DNA of 64,000 nt, from positions 1 through 64,000 of IMG/VR virus record IMGVR_UViG_3300050509_000221; one strand, given 5' to 3'. The first letter of the stretch is position 1, and every line of letters begins with the position of its first letter. Origin of the DNA: a virus (taxonomy: Duplodnaviria; Caudoviricetes). Below, one piece after another: positions 35,360 through 45,252 of this stretch. A program made the translations under genes and the position numbers. A model generated the notes under the pieces. That model did not search any database. It saw only the letters and a program-made list of their open reading frames with translations, and was not told the origin of the DNA.

Positions 35360-37099
35360 TCAAACGCTCAGGGACTCCAACTCGGCGGTGGGGCCTGTCG
35401 TGTACGGCTCGTAGGACTCTTCGATCGTGCAGGTGCAGCCGTCGTGGTCGCCAGGCTGGTACACGTCGACATACGGGAAGGCGGCGGGGTCCGCGGCGAG
35501 TTCGTCGGGTTGGGTGTCGACCCAGGTGACACCGTCGAGGGCTTGGTGTGGCTCGAACGTCCGGGCCGGGTCGCCATGGACCCATGTGGACCTGACGATC
35601 ACGGGGACGTTCGTGTCGGTGAGGAGCTGCCCGGCGAGGGTGGTGCCGGGTTCGACGCGTGGGATGGGTGTCGTGGGAACGGGACCGGGGCCGGTTTCGG
35701 CACGGAGAGGCGCGGTCGCGTTGGTGGCGCCGAGTGCCCATGTGGAACGCACGAGCGAGAACGGCACGGGCCCCGCCTGCTCCCCGAGTGCATCACCCGC
35801 GATGTCGCCGGCGAGGCGGGCACGGGCGAGAAGCGCGACACCGGCGGCGAGGAACCCGGCTGCGGTGTGGGCACGTCGGTCGATTTCGTCTTCCCACTGG
35901 TCGTCGGGTTCGACGCCAAGCGCGCGGGCCGTGGCGCGCAGCTTGCGGAGTTCGGCGGTGACGATCCACCCTTCGGCGGCGAGGGCCAGTTCGTCGAAGC
36001 GTTTGTCGAGGAGTTCTTGTTCGGTGACACCCAACGCGGCGACCAGCGCCGGGGGGTACCGGCCGTCAGCAGCGTTGAGCGCGGCACGTTGCGCGTTGTT
36101 GCGGGCCTTCTGGTTGAGCTTCACGGTCGCGGCGCGGACTGCTTCGGCGAGGGCGACTTGGGCGGCGGCGTGGAGTTTGACGCGGAGGCGTTGGTCGGTC
36201 TGGTTGAGGGTGCGGGACAAGCCGGCGAGCCGGTCGCTCTCGACTCGTGCGAGCGCCGCGGTGACGGGTTGGGTCCACGGGTCTGCGTGCTGGCGGTTCG
36301 TCAGCGGATAGAACGCCGAGCTGTCACCCCACACCAACGCGACCTGATCGGCGGTCCACTCGACCGGGGCCGGAAGCGGGCCGGGTTCCATCCCTGCGGG
36401 GAGTGCATCGGCGGGCCAGTACCCGAGCGTGAGGTGGGGATGGAACGCGAACCGGTCGGAGTGTTCGATGTCGCCGAGTGCTTGGCGGAGCCGCTCACGG
36501 AGGTCATACACGGCGGGGGCACCGGTGACGAGCACCACAGGGCTGATGCCATCCTCGTTGGCCGGGAACACGTCGAGGTGCGTGAAGGACAGCGCGACGG
36601 GTTCCATCGTTGGCGTCACCGCCCGTAGCCTGTCCGCGATGCGGACGTGTTCGGCTGGTGCGAGGTCGTCGCTCTTCCCGAGGAAGAAGAGGGTGACGTG
36701 CATGTTGTCGGCCGGTTCGCCGTCCGACACGGCGAGCCGTTCCGCGATCGAAGACGGGCAAGTGAGCGCGACCATCGCGCCTGCGCCTTCCATGCCGGAC
36801 ACGGCGGCGACCTCGACGTCAGCTTCGTACGGTTGGATCTGGTCGACCCACACGCGGGCCGGACGGCCGCCGTAGAGACCGGCGAGCATCGTGGACGCGT
36901 CGCCTTTCACTTCGTCGGGGTGGTCGCGATGCCAGGCGTGGAGCTCGTCGAGTTCGTGGCCGGTGACGACCCCGGTCGTGAGCGCGGTTGCGATGGTGAC
37001 GCCGCGGGCGGTGCCACCCTGGCCGCGTTCGGCTCGGGTGTGGAGCGCCGCGCGGGCGGTGCGGGCGACGTCTTCGGGGACAGCGAGAAGGTCGGTCAC
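35360..37099 (-). CDS. MuF-like head morphogenesis protein with internal 2H phosphoesterase domain
   Basis: HVTL and HLTL motifs; C-terminal W..GD..R..H..LDG...PG...CTC. Confidence 0.75.
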   Translation of the reverse strand: MTDLLAVPEDVARTARAALHTRAERGQGGTARGVTIATALTTGVVTGHELDELHAWHRDHPDEVKGDASTMLAGLYGGRPARVWVDQIQPYEADVEVAAVSGMEGAGAMVALTCPSSIAERLAVSDGEPADNMHVTLFFLGKSDDLAPAEHVRIADRLRAVTPTMEPVALSFTHLDVFPANEDGISPVVLVTGAPAVYDLRERLRQALGDIEHSDRFAFHPHLTLGYWPADALPAGMEPGPLPAPVEWTADQVALVWGDSSAFYPLTNRQHADPWTQPVTAALARVESDRLAGLSRTLNQTDQRLRVKLHAAAQVALAEAVRAATVKLNQKARNNAQRAALNAADGRYPPALVAALGVTEQELLDKRFDELALAAEGWIVTAELRKLRATARALGVEPDDQWEDEIDRRAHTAAGFLAAGVALLARARLAGDIAGDALGEQAGPVPFSLVRSTWALGATNATAPLRAETGPGPVPTTPIPRVEPGTTLAGQLLTDTNVPVIVRSTWVHGDPARTFEPHQALDGVTWVDTQPDELAADPAAFPYVDVYQPGDHDGCTCTIEESYEPYTTGPTAELESLSV

Positions 37100-37449
37100 G
37101 GCAGGGCGAGGGCGGATGGCTTCACGTCCCACCGCTTTTCTTCTGAGCCGCCGGGGCCGGTGAACTCCACGTGCGCGGCCCACTTGCCTGAGGTGGTTGA
37201 GGTGATCGCGATGTGGAAGAGGCCGGTGTCGTCGCGGACAAGTTCGGGGTCGGTGCCGTAGGTCTTCAACGTGCCGGCGGTGCCTTCGGGGCCGTACCGG
37301 ACGGTGAGGGTGTCCGGGTCCACCAGTTCAGGAGTGTCGAGTGACGCGCCGGTGTCAGGGTCGGTGAGTCGTTGGACACGGATGCGGAGCACGTGTTCGA
37401 CGCCGGGGAACATCAGCGGTGTGTCCTCTCGGGGGCCATCTAACAGCAC
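37096..37449 (-). CDS. Small beta-rich structural/adaptor protein
   Basis: Ig-like composition; analogous to 61772-62137. Confidence 0.6.
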   Translation of the reverse strand: MLLDGPREDTPLMFPGVEHVLRIRVQRLTDPDTGASLDTPELVDPDTLTVRYGPEGTAGTLKTYGTDPELVRDDTGLFHIAITSTTSGKWAAHVEFTGPGGSEEKRWDVKPSALALP

Positions 37450-38813
37450 GTCTCCAGGTCGAGGTCAACGCGGACGGTAGCGACGAGACGGAGTCCTGCG
37501 GCGGTTTCGCATGCGAGCGCGAGAGAGCTGAGCGTGTCGTCGTGTTGTTCGATGACGACGAGGGTGGGGCAGGCGAGTTGGAGAGCCGCGAGCGCGGTGG
37601 GGGTTAGCGCGAGCGTGACGCACGCGTCACCGCCAGCGGGCGCAACGATGGTGACGGTCTCAGTTTCGGTGACGACCGCGGCGGCGTCGGCGTCGGTGAG
37701 TGTTGCGAGGATGTCCGCGAGGTCGTCAACCGCGATGCCTGCGTCGGTGTCTGTGACAGCGACGGTCACTTGCTCGAGGTCGTCGCTTGTGCCCTGGTCG
37801 GTGTCGACAAGTTGGGCGGCGGCCGCTTCGGCTTCTGTCGTTGTGGCTGCCTCGCTGTCTGTCAGAGCTGCGGCGATGGCAGCTTCGAGGTCACTCGCTG
37901 TTCCGGTGTCGTTGTCCGCGACGGGAACCGCGAGGAGTTCCCCTTCGCCGCCGGTGCCGGTGTCGTCCGCGCCGGTGAGCACGATGGCCGTCTCGGCCTC
38001 GACGCCTACGGCTGCGTCGTCGCCCGCGATCGTTGCGGTCATGGTTTCGCCCGCGTCGGCTGCGGTGGCAACGTCGGAGTCAGTAAGAGCGACGCCTGCT
38101 TCGGCGTCGGCGGCAGTGGCGGTGTCGCCGTCGGACTTCTGGACGTTGGTGCCGTCGAGCTCGAGCGCGATGCCGAGGAGCCGGTCGTTCGCGGCACTGA
38201 CCGTCGCGTCGATGCTCGTGTCGTTCGCTGTGCGCCACTCGAACCCGATGCGGATGGAGTCGCTGCGGTTCGCGATGGTCTGTGAGAACTCGCCGATCAT
38301 CGTGAACCCGGAGCCCGCGGTGAGGTCGAGCGCACCACCCGCGTTGTCGTACGACCCGAAGAACGCGACGGTGCCATTCGCTGCGTTCGCGAACGCTGCG
38401 AGAGTCACGGTGAGACTGTCGGCCGCGGTCTGGCCGACGGCCTTCTGCACCACGCCGTTGTTCGTCGTCGGGTTCACCCCGGCGACTTCCACGACACACC
38501 ACGCCGCGCCTTCGACGGTGCCCGCACCGGTGATGCCACTGAACGTCAACGCGCCCGGCGTCACGGACGCAGGGTCGGCCCACGCGCGGAACGCCACGAG
38601 GAACGGGTCGGTGTTGGCGCTGCCTATCACGTCGATCTGTGTCCACGTCAAGCCACACCCGGCCAGCGTGGGGACCGCCACGTCACCATTCCGCGCGACC
38701 TCAATCCCGACGAGGATGGTCGTGCCAGGCGTGGGGCTGATCGACGCGGTCGCGTAACTCGACGCGTCGGCGTCGGAACCGTCCGCGGTGAGAACGGTCG
38801 GGCTGATCGCCAC
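37440..38813 (-). CDS. Putative head fibre/decoration protein with acidic repeats
   Basis: Beta-rich N-domain plus recurring T/SDxD units; Ala/Thr/Asp-rich. Confidence 0.6.
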   Translation of the reverse strand: MAISPTVLTADGSDADASSYATASISPTPGTTILVGIEVARNGDVAVPTLAGCGLTWTQIDVIGSANTDPFLVAFRAWADPASVTPGALTFSGITGAGTVEGAAWCVVEVAGVNPTTNNGVVQKAVGQTAADSLTVTLAAFANAANGTVAFFGSYDNAGGALDLTAGSGFTMIGEFSQTIANRSDSIRIGFEWRTANDTSIDATVSAANDRLLGIALELDGTNVQKSDGDTATAADAEAGVALTDSDVATAADAGETMTATIAGDDAAVGVEAETAIVLTGADDTGTGGEGELLAVPVADNDTGTASDLEAAIAAALTDSEAATTTEAEAAAAQLVDTDQGTSDDLEQVTVAVTDTDAGIAVDDLADILATLTDADAAAVVTETETVTIVAPAGGDACVTLALTPTALAALQLACPTLVVIEQHDDTLSSLALACETAAGLRLVATVRVDLDLETCC

Positions 38814-38820
38814 TGGCGTC

Positions 38821-39471
38821 TCAGGTGATCGTGATAGTGACCGTCAACGTCCACGCCGCAGCGGACGTCTTCGTGCCAAGCGACGTGACCTTCCGATTGA
38901 TGAGCCCTGGGGTGGTGTTCCCCTCGGAGGTGACGGTCGTGCCGTCCGCGGTGCCGCCATCGATGCCCCACTCCGACCATGCGAAGTTGGCGTCGCCGGT
39001 CTCGAACGTCGCGACGAACGTGAGGACACCCGACGACGCGCCCGTCCCAACCGCGGGTGCGGAGTCGACGAGCTCGAACTGCCGGTTGCCGGACCCCGCC
39101 GCGGCGGAGAGATCGGTGTCGGTGTTCGCGAACGCGGTGGAGCCGTTCCCGACCCCGATGCGGCAGTGTGTCGCGTCGAGCGCCTGATTCGACGCGGTGC
39201 CGGCGAGGCGGTCCATGATGCGGCGGAGGCCTTGACGGGTGAGCGCGTTGCCGACGTCCTCCACGACTTCGTGCGGGACGAACGTCTCGTGGAGGGCCTG
39301 CGAGAGCGGGATCTGCCGCTTGACCGCGATGACCTTCGCGGCGGCTTCCTGCTCCGCGGTGAACTTCCTGACGGTGATGCGCGGCTTCCACAACGCCGAG
39401 TCGGCGTCGCGCAGCAGCGCGTACACCTGCTCGAGGTCGAGACCTTCGGCGGTGTCGGTGTCCGTGGTCAT
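38821..39471 (-). CDS. Structural protein (fibre-collar/decoration-like)
   Basis: GVGNGSTA..NTDT.L...TF..TF....ANFAW.E.G motif. Confidence 0.6.
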   Translation of the reverse strand: MTTDTDTAEGLDLEQVYALLRDADSALWKPRITVRKFTAEQEAAAKVIAVKRQIPLSQALHETFVPHEVVEDVGNALTRQGLRRIMDRLAGTASNQALDATHCRIGVGNGSTAFANTDTDLSAAAGSGNRQFELVDSAPAVGTGASSGVLTFVATFETGDANFAWSEWGIDGGTADGTTVTSEGNTTPGLINRKVTSLGTKTSAAAWTLTVTITIT

Positions 39472-39803
39472 GCGGGCTCCTCGAACGGCGGGGGCGCGTC
39501 GGGAACGCGTGTCGGGTCGTACGGCACCGGTAGTGGTGCAGGGCGACCGATCACCAAGCCGTCGAGCGCGTCGGCGTCGCGGTCCTGTTCCCACAAGACG
39601 TACTCACCCTGGTCGTCGGCGGCGAGGATCGTGACGTGTGTGATGCGCGCCTCGGGCAGGGACCGGATGTAGTCCTTCGCCGCGTCGAGGGTGCCGAAGT
39701 CGTAGACCTTGTCTTCCCACACGTCGTCAGGTTCGCCGTCTAACCAACCCTTGAGGGGGTTCCCGGCGACGCAGGCGATGAGGCTGACTGTGACGGCGTC
39801 CAT
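39468..39803 (-). CDS. Hypothetical protein
   Basis: Coupled ORF. Confidence 0.55.
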   Translation of the reverse strand: MDAVTVSLIACVAGNPLKGWLDGEPDDVWEDKVYDFGTLDAAKDYIRSLPEARITHVTILAADDQGEYVLWEQDRDADALDGLVIGRPAPLPVPYDPTRVPDAPPPFEEPA

Positions 39804-39844
39804 CGGCAGGCAGTTTGGCGACGGGTCTGCGACTGCTCAGGGAC

Positions 39845-41305
39845 TCAGTCGAGCCAGCCGGTCAACTCGCCCGGGAACGGCCCCAACGGGACCGTCTCAC
39901 GCACACGTGACCGTGCATCGAGAGACCCCGCGACCGGCTGGCCGGGCAACACGCGGGGCGACGACCCATCGACTGGTTGGCCGTCGCGGCGGCGGGCGAT
40001 GACTGCCATGCGTTGCACCCACCGTTCCAGCTCGGCCGTGTCGGGTGCCTGCGCGACATCGAAGCCGGTGACGTCAAGCAACGCCCGGTCGGAGATCACC
40101 CCCAGGTTGTACAGCTCGATCGCGAGTTGCGACTGGTTCGGATGCACCACCACCGGTGACATGTCGAACCCGACGCGGTACCGGTCAGGGTCACCATCCC
40201 AGACGCCACGCCGGCGCAACACTTCGAGGCCGGGACGCAGGAACGAACGGGTGAGGTCACCCCAGCAGACCCGTTCGAGCGCGGGGGCGAGGGCGTTCTT
40301 CGCGAACTGTTCCTCGAGGAGCCAGTCGGCCCAGTGGTTGCCGTCACCGACACCGGCGACGAGGAGTCGTTGTGGGTAGTCGAGGCCCCGGCCGATCGCT
40401 TCGAGAGCTTCGTTACGCCAGGGGATGGCCTGCGCGTCGAACGGTTGTGACAGGTCAACCACTTCGGGCTTGCCGTACGAGTGCTTCCAACGCCACATCA
40501 TCGGCGTGATCGACTCGACTGCGTCGTCGTCGGAGAACATGCGTTGCGCAGCGGCGTAGTAGTCCCGTTCGAGTTCGGTGCCGGGACCATGGCCTGTGGG
40601 ATCCTGCGCGGCGCGAGCAAGGTGAGTGTGGGCTTCGTCGGGTGTCCACACAACCTTGCTCATCCCGAGCGCACTGTCAGCGGTGCGGGCCATGCGTCGT
40701 TGCAACGACCAGTACCGCTCACAGTCAGGCAGCACCGCCTTGAGGGACGACACCGACCGGCCGTTCCACGTCTCGTCAGGGATCCACAGGCGAGCAACCT
40801 GCGCGTAGGTGAGCTCGCGGGCAGTGCCGTCACGGACGGTGCCGCCGGGGACGTCACGGATGATGACCCGGTCGTTCTTCCATTCGACCGCACGAGGGGA
40901 GTGTATCCCGAACGACAGGCGGCCGTTCACCGCGACATGGGTTTGGAGGGCTTCGCCGAGTACCTCGTAATGCCACAGGTGCAGACGGACCAGCTCGCGT
41001 TGGTCTTGAGTCTCGCCCCGGTATTGGCGGAGGAGGTCTTGGGGGGCGAGTTCGCGGGTGACGGGTTCCCATTCGTCGGAGCGTGGGTCGGTGAGTTTCT
41101 CGACGATCAGGTCGCATCGTGACCCCGAGTTGGCTTTGAGGCCGGCTGCGAAGCGGATGACGCCGAGGTTCTCGGAGAAGTGTGTGGCGCGTTCCCACCA
41201 GTGCTGCTTGACGGACCGGGATGTGCGCGCCCAGGTCGGGTCGATCGGGGTGGTTGCGGCGACACGCACGTCGGGGGTGCGTCGGAACCAGTCGCGTATG
41301 CCCAT
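39845..41305 (-). CDS. Portal protein
   Basis: 486 aa after terminase; W.P......SSL..VL and GDGNHWADW motifs. Confidence 0.8.
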   Translation of the reverse strand: MGIRDWFRRTPDVRVAATTPIDPTWARTSRSVKQHWWERATHFSENLGVIRFAAGLKANSGSRCDLIVEKLTDPRSDEWEPVTRELAPQDLLRQYRGETQDQRELVRLHLWHYEVLGEALQTHVAVNGRLSFGIHSPRAVEWKNDRVIIRDVPGGTVRDGTARELTYAQVARLWIPDETWNGRSVSSLKAVLPDCERYWSLQRRMARTADSALGMSKVVWTPDEAHTHLARAAQDPTGHGPGTELERDYYAAAQRMFSDDDAVESITPMMWRWKHSYGKPEVVDLSQPFDAQAIPWRNEALEAIGRGLDYPQRLLVAGVGDGNHWADWLLEEQFAKNALAPALERVCWGDLTRSFLRPGLEVLRRRGVWDGDPDRYRVGFDMSPVVVHPNQSQLAIELYNLGVISDRALLDVTGFDVAQAPDTAELERWVQRMAVIARRRDGQPVDGSSPRVLPGQPVAGSLDARSRVRETVPLGPFPGELTGWLD

Positions 41306-41739
41306 CAGCGTCGCCGTTGCTTGCGGCGCTGCGCCCGGTTCGGGCGGACGGGCACGACATGGTCACCGTCGCGGACCATCGTGAACTCGTCCGCGGTGAT
41401 TGGGGTTGTGTCCGGGTTGCCACGGAAGGTGGTGATGGTGTCGGCTTGGCGTTCGGTTGCGACCTGTTCGTACTCGGCGTTGGTGACTTCGCGGAGGGTG
41501 CCGTCGCGGATCTCGAACCCGAGGCGGGTGAGTGCGTCGTAGGTGCCGACGTAGAACTCGGCGGGGTCGAGGGCACGGCCGAGGGGCGGCCAGTCGAACT
41601 GGACCCAGGCGGGGACGCCAGCACAGGTGATGGGTTCGACGTCGAGGGTCGCGAGGTAGGAGCGGCCGTCGTAGGACCGGGCACCCCACACGACGGGGAC
41701 GGTGTCGCGGGGCACGCGAGGCACGGAGGCGATCGTCAT
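41305..41739 (-). CDS. Hypothetical protein
   Basis: Coupled ORF ending NRAQRRKQRRR. Confidence 0.6.
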   Translation of the reverse strand: MTIASVPRVPRDTVPVVWGARSYDGRSYLATLDVEPITCAGVPAWVQFDWPPLGRALDPAEFYVGTYDALTRLGFEIRDGTLREVTNAEYEQVATERQADTITTFRGNPDTTPITADEFTMVRDGDHVVPVRPNRAQRRKQRRR

Positions 41740-42008
41740 CGGGTGCGTTCCGCTGCGGGGACGTTGACGCCGTAGCCCATGAACGACACGGTGATGTCCG
41801 ACATGACGCGCGTGGTCGTTCCAGTGCTGTTCGTGTGCAGCACTCGTCGAACCCGGAGCGCCTCGGCGTGGATCGGTGTTACTCCGCCGCATCGGGAACG
41901 CCGCAGCTCGTGGGCCTTGGCGCGCAACGCCACCGCCTCAGGAGCCGGACACGCAGGGTCAGCAGCCTTGCGTTCCAACGCTTCGATCGTGCGACGCCAG
42001 TCCCTCAC
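41736..42008 (-). CDS. DUF2786-like small protein
   Basis: TIEALERKAAD..CPAPEAVALRAKAHEL. Confidence 0.55.
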   Translation of the reverse strand: MRDWRRTIEALERKAADPACPAPEAVALRAKAHELRRSRCGGVTPIHAEALRVRRVLHTNSTGTTTRVMSDITVSFMGYGVNVPAAERTR

Positions 42009-42346
42009 CGTGCCGGCCCGACGTCGAGACGGGCGCACAGCGCAGCACCACCCGCGACCGCGACCGCTGCGATCGGCCCGTGAGACCAGGCCCACCATGA
42101 CCACGCCGCGTAGGTACCGAGGGCGAGCCACCAGCCTGCGCAGAACGGACATGACAGCAGCCCGTAGATCCACGCCCAGCCGCGTGACTTCCGGTCCGCG
42201 CTATCGGGGTAGTCGGCGACGCCGTGGTAGGCGTGGTCCCAGACGTGGGCGCGGAGCGGCGCGGTGATGGTGTCGATCGTGACGACGCGTGCGAGTCGGT
42301 ACGCGCAGAGGGCGCAGACGAGCACGGTGAGGATCAGGTTCGTCAC
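42005..42346 (-). CDS. DUF1360-family membrane protein
   Basis: AYRLARVVT.D.I..PLR...LLSCPFCAGWW. Confidence 0.75.
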   Translation of the reverse strand: MTNLILTVLVCALCAYRLARVVTIDTITAPLRAHVWDHAYHGVADYPDSADRKSRGWAWIYGLLSCPFCAGWWLALGTYAAWSWWAWSHGPIAAVAVAGGAALCARLDVGPAR

Positions 42347-42621
42347 TCGACAACCGCGTCGACCGTCTCGGCCGTGCCGGCGAGGGGGTCGGGCCAGGCG
42401 TCATCGTCACCGATCGGGCCAGCGGGGACATCGACACGCACCAGGAACCCGGCCGCGATCTCCCCCGCCCATTCCTCGATCTGCAACCGGTCGAGAACGA
42501 TCGTGTCACCCGGCTTGAGGCCGTTGTGGTGGACCTGCGATTCGTACGTCGGCACGCGCGCGACCTCCCCGGGTTGACCTTGCGTGAGGGTACGAACCGG
42601 TCGTGTCCCCCTCAGGGACAC
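42343..42621 (-). CDS. Hypothetical protein
   Basis: Coupled ORF. Confidence 0.55.
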   Translation of the reverse strand: MSLRGTRPVRTLTQGQPGEVARVPTYESQVHHNGLKPGDTIVLDRLQIEEWAGEIAAGFLVRVDVPAGPIGDDDAWPDPLAGTAETVDAVVE

Positions 42622-42624
42622 GCG

Positions 42625-45252
42625 TCAACGACGCAACGACCCCGCGGCTGCTCCCGCCGCCGCGCTGATCCCACCCGACGTTGCGCCTTCTTGGCGGATC
42701 CAGTTGAACCCATGCGCGCCCGCGTCGACTTGGTCGTCATGGTCCCCGAGGGGGAACCCCTCCAACTCGGCGAGGAACACCCGGCTCCCCGACCGGTGCC
42801 CGTCGCGGTCCGGTGCCTGCTCGACGATCGTGACGAGACCGTTTTCCATCGCGGATGCCATCCCCGCCGCCCGGTCTTCTTTCGTGCCGATCGGGGAGAC
42901 CTTCGTCGCACGGAACCCGGCGAACACCTCGCGTACGAGCCGGTCGGCTTCGTCGCGGCCCAGGTCCCCCGGGCGGCGCTCCACAAGGTGAGTCACCGCG
43001 TCGATGCCGCCGCATTCGTCGGCGTCAGCGCGGGCGGTGGCACGCATGATGTTGTCGCGGGTGCCTGCGGCGTGACGGAACCGGACGATGTCCTCGATGC
43101 GGTACCGGTGCGTGTCGGGGTCGTAGGCCCATCGGACACCGACGGTCCAGTCCGGGTCGTTCTTCCCGTCGAACTCGGTGCCGGCCTGGTCCCACGCCCG
43201 GCACCGTTTCACCGTCGGCTCATACGACATCGGGCCGTCCGTCCAGTGGTCCTTCATCCAGTCCCACGCGGCGAACTTCCCACCAGAGCGGAGCTCCACC
43301 TGATGTTGCGCCTCGATGAGGAACGCGGTGCGGCCCCACAGCTTGATCTGCTGGCGGATCTGATCGGGCCCCTGACCGTCCCAGACGATGTCACCCTCGA
43401 GGTACGTGTCGAGGCCGTCGTTGTCCTTCCCGAGCACCAGGCCCCGCACCGCGGGGACCGGGCCGTCGCCCCACATGACACGATCCTGGAGGAAATCGGC
43501 TGACTGTTCCGCGAGGCCCGCGATGCGAGCAAAGACACCGTTGGGGAGAACGAGGTTCTGCACGGCAAGGACCGTGCCGTTCGGTGCCAGCGCGGGGAGG
43601 AACGTGCGGGTGAGTTGGTCGATCTTGCGGGCCGTGACTTTCGGGCTGTCGTTGGCGTCGTCGATGTCGTCGAACACGATGAGGTCGGGGCGTTCCTCGT
43701 CAAGTTTCGCTCCCCGCGCAGCAGAGTCGAGACCGATCGCGTCGACGGTGAACCCGGCCGCGGAACGAAGTCGTTCGCGTCGCCATCCTCGGGAGCGGCC
43801 GAACTTGTTGACGAGTTGCTCGCCGATCTCCGGGTACAGGTCAGCGACCCGGGGCGACTCGAGAAGTTTCCCGACGTTGCCGACATGGTCTTCGGCTTGG
43901 TCTTGGGTGTCGCAGTTGTGCGATCGGGCGAAGTGCGTCCGGTAGTCACCGGTTGATGTGGTGATGGACACGAACCGGCGTTCCGTCACCGGGTCGACGG
44001 TCTTCACCCGTGACCACAGATGGCCTTCGCCGATCCACACATCGCGGAGCTGGTTGCGATGTTGGCCTGCCGGAAGTCCCAGTGGGCGGCCGTCGAAGAA
44101 CCGGAGTGCGTAGCCGGACGCCTCCCTGATGGCGCGTCCGCGGATGTGTCCTCCACCGCGGCGATGGGGGCCACTGATCGTGCAGGCAACACCGAGACGA
44201 GCAAGCATCCGTCGGACTGCTAGGAGGCCTGGCAGATGCACGCCCGACAGATAGACGCCACGAGCGCTCACGTATCCGTCGGCGTCCACGTAGCCCCTCA
44301 GCAGGGCTGCCTGCTGAGTTGCAGGCAGCCACTCGACCCAGGCTGGCGGCGTCTTCCGACTGTTGCCGTACTTCCACGTGCGTAGCCAGTCAGCAAGGTC
44401 CGGAAGCCAGAACGACACCGAGCTCAGGCGGCCTTGACCGCGCCGCTCACCCCAGCAGACGCCACTCCGGTCCAGGAGGCTCAGCAGGCGTCGGCGAACG
44501 GCAGGGTGGTCGTCGGACAGTGCGAAGGAAATCTGGCGTCCCTGCGGCCCGCCGAGCGTGCCGTCACCCCACCAGAGACCGGTCGCCCACCACCACTCGG
44601 GGTCCGCGAGGAGCGGACTCGGCCAGGACTCTGGCACCTCGGAAGTGGTGTCGATGGGCAACCCGAGCCACGTTGAACGGTCCAGGTTATGCGCCTCAAC
44701 CCACGCAGGTTCTCCCCGAGTGATCTCGACGCGACGCCCGTGGCCGCGGTCGCGGCGCATGATCCGACGTGCCCAGTACCGGTGCTCGGCCGTGACTACC
44801 TCGCTGCTCGGGAGTCCCACCACACGCACCTCCAGGCCATCACAGCGCCGTTCGGTGGCCGTCGGGTGCTCGTCCACGGTCATCCAGCCGAAGTCGGGAT
44901 CGAGAACCTCCGTCCCGGTCTCGTGGCACACGTAGAGGACGTACCTGCGACGGCCTCTGGCGCCGGCGGCAGCGAGGGCGAGTTCGACTGAGGTTGACTT
45001 CGCTCCGCCTCGGGCCCAGATCCCCACGCCGGGCTGTTGCCACCGGTCTAGTTCCAGGGCCCAGACCCAGTTCCAGAAGTCGATGTGGTGGGGGGCGAAA
45101 CCGGCGGTGACGTAGCTGGGGAACAGGTAGCGGAGCCAGGCGCCCCAGGATTCCTCGAGTTCGTCGCGCAAGCACACCATGAGCGCGGTGACGTCCGCGG
45201 GGTCGTGTGCCTGGCCGATGGCTTCCCGGTACAGGTCGAGGTCGACGGTCAC
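42625..45252 (-). CDS. terL: Terminase large subunit (intein-containing)
   Basis: Walker A RGGAKST, Walker B IVFDDID, nuclease AWDQA and DDQVDA. Confidence 0.92.
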   Translation of the reverse strand: MTVDLDLYREAIGQAHDPADVTALMVCLRDELEESWGAWLRYLFPSYVTAGFAPHHIDFWNWVWALELDRWQQPGVGIWARGGAKSTSVELALAAAGARGRRRYVLYVCHETGTEVLDPDFGWMTVDEHPTATERRCDGLEVRVVGLPSSEVVTAEHRYWARRIMRRDRGHGRRVEITRGEPAWVEAHNLDRSTWLGLPIDTTSEVPESWPSPLLADPEWWWATGLWWGDGTLGGPQGRQISFALSDDHPAVRRRLLSLLDRSGVCWGERRGQGRLSSVSFWLPDLADWLRTWKYGNSRKTPPAWVEWLPATQQAALLRGYVDADGYVSARGVYLSGVHLPGLLAVRRMLARLGVACTISGPHRRGGGHIRGRAIREASGYALRFFDGRPLGLPAGQHRNQLRDVWIGEGHLWSRVKTVDPVTERRFVSITTSTGDYRTHFARSHNCDTQDQAEDHVGNVGKLLESPRVADLYPEIGEQLVNKFGRSRGWRRERLRSAAGFTVDAIGLDSAARGAKLDEERPDLIVFDDIDDANDSPKVTARKIDQLTRTFLPALAPNGTVLAVQNLVLPNGVFARIAGLAEQSADFLQDRVMWGDGPVPAVRGLVLGKDNDGLDTYLEGDIVWDGQGPDQIRQQIKLWGRTAFLIEAQHQVELRSGGKFAAWDWMKDHWTDGPMSYEPTVKRCRAWDQAGTEFDGKNDPDWTVGVRWAYDPDTHRYRIEDIVRFRHAAGTRDNIMRATARADADECGGIDAVTHLVERRPGDLGRDEADRLVREVFAGFRATKVSPIGTKEDRAAGMASAMENGLVTIVEQAPDRDGHRSGSRVFLAELEGFPLGDHDDQVDAGAHGFNWIRQEGATSGGISAAAGAAAGSLRR
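43915..44928 (-). mobile_element. Intein (338 aa) with LAGLIDADG homing endonuclease
   Basis: C1 (CHETG), block B TAEH, ATGLWWGDG and LRGYVDADG, terminal HN followed by C+1. Confidence 0.9.
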
